64,000 bases of DNA from Octopus vulgaris. Lineage: Eukaryota. Both the position numbers and the translations under genes were made by a program. The stretch's first letter is position 1. Each line of letters begins with the position of its first letter. Below, piece after piece: positions 55,845 through 64,000 of the stretch. Location: assembly GCA_951406725.2 (NCBI GenBank), contig OX597836.1, positions 41,664,001 through 41,728,000 on the forward strand, given 5' to 3'. Under the pieces are notes generated by a model. That model made no database searches. It was not told the origin of the DNA and saw nothing but the letters and a program-made list of their open reading frames with translations.

Positions 55845-56188
55845 ACCAGATCTGGGAGCTGTTTCCACAGAGTTCCGACCATGTTTGAATTCACGATGCC
55901 AGCGTTTTACAAGGTCATATGATGGGGCATCATCACCATAAGTTACTTTCATTTCATCAAAAGTCTCCCGTGGTGTGCGTCCTTTCAAATACAAAAACCG
56001 GATCACTGCTCGACATTCAACAGGCTTCATTTCACACTTGACTCGGTTCAAATACCTGTAAATCAGAAACCACAATTAATTCAGAGCTGATTTGCCACTT
56101 ACTCTATAGAGATATAAATGACTGCACATGCAAAATTTCCAACAACTGCAAGTGGGTCAGAGGCATTACTTATTGAACGTCCCTCGTA
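55845..56188 (-). mobile_element. Mariner 5' end (TIR + HTH N-terminus)
   Basis: cgagggacgttcaataagtaatgc terminus; MKPVECRAVIRFLYLKGRTP...VKRWHREFKHGR..APRSG. Confidence 0.85.
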
Positions 56189-56339
56189 TCTCCATATCAT
56201 CTCACCTGGATTCCTCTTAGAGCCACTCTTTATCCAGCGGACTTGGTCCTTGATAACGATGTCGGAGCGTCAGTTCATATCACTTGAACGACACTAAGTC
56301 TTTTTTATACTGAACATCTCTGTATCTCACCCGTTGACT

Positions 56340-56912
56340 CTCCGCTCTCTCTCTCTCTCTGTCTCTCCCTCATTTACTCTCTCTCCCTTTCGTTCACTCT
56401 TTCTCTCCCCTCTCTCTCCCCCTCATTCACTCTCTCTCCCCTTATTCCCTCTCCCTCTCACCTCTCTCCTCTCTCCTCCTCATTCACTCTCTCTCCTCCT
56501 CATTCACTCTCTCTCCCGTTCATTCACTCTCCCCCATTCACTCACTCCCACCTCTCTCTCCCCCATTCACTCACTCTCTCCTCTCTCCCCTTCATTCACT
56601 CTCTCCGCTCCTCATTCACTCTCTCTCCCCTTATTCCCTCTCCCTCTCACCTCTCTCCTATCATTCACTCTCTCTCTCGTTCATTCACTCTCTCCTCCAT
56701 TCACTCACTCTCTCTTCTCTCCCCTTCATTCACTCTCTCCTCTCCTCATTCACTCTCTCTTCCCCATTCACACACTCTTCCCCTCATTCACTTGCTCTCT
56801 TTTCTCTCACCCTCATTCCCTCTCTCTCCCTCATTCACTCGCTCTCCTTTCTCTCACCCTCATTCCCTCTCTCTCCCTCACTCTCTCTCTGTCCTGTCTC
56901 TCCCCTCTCCCT
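56340..56912. repeat. Pyrimidine-rich minisatellite (cattcactctctctccc)n
   Basis: Repeated degenerate units. Confidence 0.85.
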
Positions 56913-57365
56913 CCATATATATATGTTCTTTTTATTCTTTTCTTTTTTTGTTTCTGTCATTTGACTGCGGCCATTATGGAGCACTGCTTTTTTTTGGTGG
57001 AAGAAATCGACCCACAGGACTTATTCTTTATAAGTGTAGTACTTATACTGTCGGTCCCTTTTTGCCGAACCGCTCAGTTACGGGGACGTAAACACACCAA
57101 CATCGGATGTCAAGGGATGGTGGGGGACAAACACAGACACGCAAACATACACATGCGCACACACACATACATACATTTAGTACGGGCTTCTTTCAGTTTC
57201 CGTCTACCAAATCTACTCATAAGGCTTTGGTCGACCCGAGGCTATAGTAGAAGACACCTGACTGTCTTCTTTCTATTCCTTTCTTTTTCTTTCTTATCTA
57301 ACTCCTCCCCCTCTCGGTCTCGTTCTTCCCCCCTCTCTTCCTCCCACTATCTATCTATCTATCTA

Positions 57366-57400
<35 letters not shown>

Positions 57401-57651
57401 TATTTCTTTATTACCCACAAGGGGCTAAACACAGAGAGGACAAACAAGGACAGACAAACGGATTAAGTCGATCATATCGACCCCAGTGCGTAACTGGTAC
57501 TTATCTAATCGACCCCGAAAGGATGAAAGGCAAAGTCGACCTCGGCAGAATTTGAACTCAGAACGTAGCGGCAGACGAAATACCGCTAAGCATTTCGCCC
57601 GGCGTGCTAACGTTTCTGCCAGCTTGCTGCCTTATCTATCTATCTACCTAC

Positions 57652-57737
<86 letters not shown>

Positions 57738-58008
57738 CTATTCTCGTCTACCATATCTAGGTGCCTCTAACCCAGCCTCCCACCACCTCTAAGCTGTTAC
57801 TCCTGTTACACCACACATTCTTATTTCATGAGAAATAATGCATTTAGCGCAAGATAAAACCAAAACTGATCGAACAATAACCAAAGACTAGTAGTAGTAG
57901 TGGTGGTAGTAGTAGTAGCAGTAGTAAAAATAGCAGCAGCAGCATCAGTAGTAGTAGTAATAGTAATAGTAGTAGTAGTAGTAATAGTAGTTGTAGTCGT
58001 TGTAGTAA

Positions 58009-58044
<36 letters not shown>

Positions 58045-58719
58045 CGGTGGTGGTGGTGGTGGTGCAATCCTGTAAGTAGTAGTGGTGGTGGTGGTGGTAG
58101 TGGTTATAGTAGTGGTGGTGGTAGTGGTTATAGTGGTGGTGGTGGTAGTGGTTGTGGTTGTGGTGGTGGTGGTGGTGGTGGTGGTGGTGGTGGTGGTTGT
58201 GATGGTGGTAGTTGTAGTGGAGGTGGTGGTGGTGGTGGTGGTAGTGGCGGTCGCGGTGGTGGTCACGGTGGTGGCGGTTGTGATAGTAGTAGTAGTAGTA
58301 GGATGAGTCGGAGAAAGAGGATGGGGGGGGGGGGGTCGGTGAAGCGGAGCGGAGCGGGACAGGCGGGCGTGATTTAATGTAACATAACGACGATAGCTTG
58401 AGTAAAGGATTAGCGATGAGACCTTAAGTAACGCCAACACACTAACACCTCCTCCCCCTCCATATCCTCCTCCTCCTCCTCCTGCCGCTGCAGCTGCTAC
58501 TACTACTGCTGCTACTGCTGCTGCCAGTGTTGTTGCAAACACGGGATTAGCCAACAGACGTTGATATCTTATCACTGGATTAGAATACGTGCGTAAAATA
58601 TGATATAAGAAGACAACACTGATATCGTTGACACACAGACAGACAAATTATTATTGTCGTTATTCTTTTTGTTGCTGTTGTTGTTGTTGTCAATGGTGCT
58701 TGTTTGTTTGTTTGTTTGT

Positions 58720-59110
58720 TGAGCGAAGCGGTCTTCGTCCCAGAGTGGGAGAAGTCCGAAACGGGGTCCTTTGCCGAAACGTGGTCCTTTGCTATTCGTA
58801 AGACCCGCAGAAGAGAAAGCAGGTCAACCCCCGACACCGAGGGCATCGACGGATGGATGGATGAATGCGCATCCAGGCTCAGCGGTTGCGTAGGAAGAAG
58901 TCGGGGACAAGAAACAGGAAGAAAGAGAGAGAGAGAAAGTTGGAGCGAAAGAGTACAACAGGGATCGCCAACACCCCCTGTCGGAGCCTCGTGGAGCTTT
59001 TCGTATTTTTGCTCAATAAACACACACACACAACGCCCGGTCTGGGAATCGAAACCGCGATCCTCTGACCGCGAGTCCGCTGCCCTAACCACTGGGCCAT
59101 TGCGCCTCCA
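58720..59110 (-). mobile_element. SINE family B, tail type 3
   Basis: Same head and body with a different 3' half; partial copy 27670-27913. Confidence 0.75.
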
Positions 59111-59132
59111 CTGATGATGGTGTTGCTCTTCT

Positions 59133-59912
59133 TGGTGGCAGAAACGTTAGCACGCCGGGCGAAATGTGTTGCCGTATTTCGTCTGCCGTTACGTTCTGAG
59201 TTCAAATTCCGGCGAGGTCGACTTTGCCTTTCATCCTTTCGGGGTCGATTTAATAAATACCAGTTACGCACTGGGGTCGATATAATCGACTTAATCCGTT
59301 TGTCTGTCCTTGTTTGTCTCCTCTGTGTTTAGCCCCTAGTAGGTACTAAAGAAATAGGTATTTCGTCTGCCGTTACGTTCTGAGTTCAAATTCCGGCGAG
59401 GTCGACTTTGCCTTTCATCCTTTCGGGGTCGATTTAATAAATACCAGTTACGCACTGGGGTCGATATAATCGACTTAATCCGTTTGTCTGTCCTTGTTTG
59501 TCTCCTCTGTGTTTAGCCCCTAGTAGGTACTAAAGAAATAGGTATTTCGTCTGCCGTTACGTTCTGAGTTCAAATTCCGCCGAGGTCGACTTTGCCTTTC
59601 ATCCTTTCGGGGTCGATAAATTAAGTACCAGTTACGCACTGGGGTCGATATAATCGACTTAATCCGTTTGTCTGTCCTTGTTTGTCTCCTCTGTGTTTAG
59701 CCCCTAGTAGGTACTAAAGAAATAGGTATTTCGTCTGCCGTTACGTTCTGAGTTCAAATTCCGCCGAGGTCGACTTTGCCTTTCATCCTTTCGGGGTCGA
59801 TAAATTAAGTACCAGTTACGCACTGGGGTCGATATAATCGACTTAATCCGTTTGTCTGTCCTTGTTTGTCCTCTCTGTGTTTAGCCCCTTGTGGGCAATA
59901 GAAATAGGTATT
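59133..59912 (+). repeat. SINE C tandem array, 4 x 184 bp
   Basis: Unit starts at 59174, 59358, 59542, 59726; similar arrays 42180-42956(-), 39335-39787(-), 28661-29170(+). Confidence 0.9.
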
Positions 59913-60316
59913 GGTGTTGTCATCGTCATGGTTCTTCTTAATGGTGTTGTTATTATGCTGTAATTGTTGGTGCTGCTGTTTAGCGCAGGGCATCCCAGAT
60001 AAAACAGAACCCAAAAGCGCGCCAGCCATGCCTACCCATGTCATTTTTTTTTCAGATTGTCGGTCTTTCTTCAGTGTGATTAGATGTGTTTGCAGACGAA
60101 TACTATGTGGTAAGAAGTTTGCTTCCCAACCACATGGTTCCGGGTTCAGCCTCGCTGCGTGGCACCTTGGACAAGAGTCGTCTACTATAGCTTTGGGCTG
60201 ACCAAAAGCCTTGAGTGGATTTGGTAGACAGAAACCGAAAGAAGCCCGTCGTATATGTACATATATATATATATATACATACATATATATATATGTGTGT
60301 GTCTGTGTGTGTGTGC

Positions 60317-60366
<50 letters not shown>

Positions 60367-60676
60367 AGGAGGAGTATTGGCCCAGTGGTTAGGGCAGCGG
60401 ACTCGCAATCGTAGGTACGCGGTTTCGATTCCCAGATCGGGCGTCGTGAGTGTTAACTGAGCGAAAAGACCTAACGCTCCTCGAGGCTCCAGCAGGGGGG
60501 TGGGGTGGCGATCCCTGCTGTACTCTTTCGCTACAACTTTCTCTCACTCTTTCTTCTGTTGGCCTGCTCGCTTAGCCAGCGGGGTGGCGTCATTCGAAGG
60601 CTAAAACAATGCGAAGCGCATTGTGAGCAGCGATGTGTAACAACAACTGATAGCCTGGTCGGTCACGTGATCACTT

Positions 60677-60734
<58 letters not shown>

Positions 60735-60898
60735 TGTATGTATGAATTAAATGAAATGAACTAGTTTCAGCTTACGAGCTGTGGCCATGCTGGGGCACCG
60801 CCATTTGGTGTCGCTACATAATTTTTACTTTATTGATTCTTTTTAGAACTAGACATTTGGTGCATGAGGGATTTTGACCCCGCTGCCCTCATTTGCAC

Positions 60899-61500
60899 TT
60901 CCTACACAAACATACGTAAAAACAAGTATATACATGCATACGTACACACAAATACATATAGACACAGAGACACATATATACATATATACGACGGGCTTCT
61001 TTCAGTTTCCGTCTACCAAATCCACTCACAAGGCTTTCGTCGACCCGAGGCTGTAGTAGAAGACACTTGCCCAGTGTGCCACGCAGTGGGACTGAACCCG
61101 GAACTATGTGGTTCGTAAGCAAGGTACTTACTATACAGCCACTACTACGCCTATGCACGCATACATACACAAACATACGTAAAAACAAGTATATACATGC
61201 ATACGTACACACAAATACATATACACACAGAGACACATATATACATATATACGACGGGCTTCTTTCAGTTTCCGTCTACCAAATCCACTCACAAGGCTCT
61301 GGTCTGCCCGAGGCTATAGTAGAATACACTTGCCCAGTGTGCCACGCAGTGGGACTGAACCCGGAACCATGTGGTTCGTAAGCAAGGTATTTACCATACA
61401 GCCACTACTACGCCCATGCACGCATACATGCACAAACATACGTAAAAACAATTATATACATGCACACGTACACACAAATACATATACACACGCAGACATA
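60899..61500. repeat. 263-bp tandem duplication containing SINE A 5' half
   Basis: ORF offsets 61067/61330. Confidence 0.85.
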
Positions 61501-63646
61501 TGCGTGCAGATATTCGCATAAACACCCACTTGTATGTTTATATACGTATGCTAGATTAATCGACTGCCTTCTATGGTAATGTTGTAACATTATATCCCGC
61601 ATTGCTAGAGATTGTTGCATCATGGATATTTTGTACAGTTAATATTTTTGATGCGCTGCTTGTCATTGTTCTAGGTCTTTTATTAATTTGCGTGGTGGTG
61701 AGAGAAATTATTAATGCATAAAATGTGATGTAAAGATTTGTTTCTATTGTGTCTGTATTCTCTGTGTGAATTTTTCTACTATGCCCATTGGCTCCGTCAG
61801 TTGTCTAAATGTCGGGTCATGTATTAAAAGGTTCTTATCTCCATATACACGAACCACTATTTTCATTTAGGCATGCTGTTAAAGTGCGGATGCTAGTTTC
61901 TCTTTGCTGTACTCATACCAGTGCTCCTCTATTTTTTCGTCAATGCTACGGGACATACCGCCTATAAACGTTCCAACATTATACTTCCGCGTATTCACAA
62001 TGTACGTCGTCTCTAATTTTATTGCTCACTTCTGCTTTGTTTTGAAGATCTTGCGGTTATTATTGGAACAGTGGATTTTCTTGAATAAGTATGCCCTACT
62101 GATTAGTAATTAACTGGCCGGTTTTCCTACTACGTGAAATTTAAGTTTAATTTTCCTCGAAACTCTTCCCAGATATGAAATCTAGTTCTGCTCTAAGTGT
62201 AATCTCAACAAACATTAATCATTGCAATTACTCTTACTAGTTTCCTACATATACTTTCTAAACTTTCTAAACGGAAGTTATGAATTGATAATAAGAGTGA
62301 AGTGAATTACCACCAGTGCATGTGTTCTATTGACAATATGGCCTACTCAAAATACAACACACACATATTCAAAACACACATGCACGCATATGTGTGTATG
62401 ATAATATATATATAGGTATGTCTGTGTGTATATACATATACACATACATACCAAATAGGGAGGAATTATCAATCCAAACAAAATACTTATTAAGCTTTCT
62501 TATTTCTTTATTGCCCACAAGGGGCTAAACACAGAGGGGACAAACAAGGACAGACAAACGGATTAAGTCTATTACATCGACCCAAGTGCATAACTGGCAC
62601 TTAATTTATCGACCCCGAAAAGATGAAAGGCAAAGTGGACCTCGGCGGAATTTGAACTCAGAACATAACGGCAGACGAAATACCGCTTAGCGTTTCACCC
62701 GGCTCGCTAACGTTTCTGCCAGCTCGCCACATTCTTAAGCTTTCTGTTGACACACAAGGCTAACAGTATTACTTAGATTAGTGAAGAACTCCACGTAACT
62801 CTCTGGTAGTGTCCCAGGTCATGGTTCATCACAATTCTATATTATAAATCTGTGGATGGGCTCCAGATAAGCTGCTTTTCACACAGTGATATATATAAGG
62901 AGATGTACTTGCATAGCAAGTGATTTCATCTGAAATTCTGCATTAATCAATACATATATATATAAGACCGCGACCTGTTCACTGACAAAAATCCGTGCTG
63001 CGCGGATTTTTGTCAGTGAACAGGTCGCGGTCTTATATATTTCTTTACTACCCACAAGGGGCTAAACACAGAGGGGACAAACAAGGACAGACAAAGGGAT
63101 TAAGTCGATTACATCGACCCCAGTGCGTAATTGGTACTTAATTTATCGACCCCGAAAGGATGAAAGGCAAAGTCGACCTCGGCAGGTCGCGGTCTTATAG
63201 CAACGAAAATATTTTGACAAATTAAACTTAAATGTTGAAGTGAATCGAACGGCTTTTGTGTGTTTCTTAAATGGCTTACAATCACCTTCCACGCTGCAAT
63301 TGATATATAGATAAGAAATAGGTTAAAAACAATGGCCATTACATGTAATTCCAAATTCAAATTTGAGACAAATTTGCTCGAATAAAGGAATTATATATAA
63401 TGAGCATTATTTTAAACTTGTTTCTTACATATACATATAAAATATATAATAGCTGCACGTACATACATACACGCACACGTCCATCCAATCAATCCATCCA
63501 TCCATCCATCCGTACGTCCATCCAATCCATCCATCCATCCATCCATCAATCCATCCATCCATCCGTCCGTCCATCCGTCCATTCATCCATCCAATCAATC
63601 CATCCATCCATCCATCCATCCATCCATCCGTCTGTCCGTCCGTCCG

Positions 63647-63782
<136 letters not shown>

Positions 63783-64000
63783 CCTACCTACCTACCTACC
63801 TACCTACCTACCTACCTACCTGTCTATCTATCTACCTACCTACCTACCTACCTACCTACCTGTCTATCTGTCTGTTTGTCTGTCTGTCTGTCTTTTGTCT
63901 ATCTATCTATATAGATATACATACACACACACACACACGTATACGCATACGCATACACTTACACACACTCACGCGCACACACACGTATATGAGAGAGAGA

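Noticed and set aside
56334-57428. 364-aa ORF
   Set aside because: CT minisatellite plus SINE A
59133-59912. Regular arrays as CRISPR
   Set aside because: Whole 184-bp units repeat with no unique spacers; eukaryotic SINE context, no cas genes
59911-60201. Cys-rich secreted peptide ORF (MVLLLCCNCWCCCLAQG...)
   Set aside because: Derived from a degenerate TGT/TGC repeat plus a repeat fragment similar to ~43005-43070, and runs into a SINE
61560-62110. Possible decayed Penelope ORF
   Set aside because: Stops in the frames read and no recognisable RT or GIY-YIG motif

Overview
This is repeat-saturated, AT-rich eukaryotic DNA. The SINE families and microsatellite load resemble an octopus or other coleoid cephalopod genome (inference). 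There are no prokaryotic features and no CRISPR array, and almost all ORFs in the supplied track are microsatellite or SINE artefacts. One host gene can be assembled with confidence: a 3-coding-exon, 183-aa PMP22/EMP/claudin-superfamily tetraspan gene on + (35144-35327, 37944-38093, 40576-40793). The rest is three tRNA-related SINE groups, mariner relics, RTE, Dong/R4 and Tx1 LINE fragments, a Helitron and MITEs. The main hidden signal is about 14 clear (plus about 7 degenerate) type-I hammerhead-ribozyme-like motifs on both strands. They have the layout stem I, C(U/C)GANGA, stem II, GAAA, palindromic stem III, UH, stem I. They sit in several families of short non-coding elements that mostly end at (TA)n tracts and often form fold-backs, consistent with Penelope-like pseudo-LTR or retrozyme-like elements. 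Two same-sense copies flank exon 2 of the claudin-like gene. All folds were read by eye and catalytic activity is untested.
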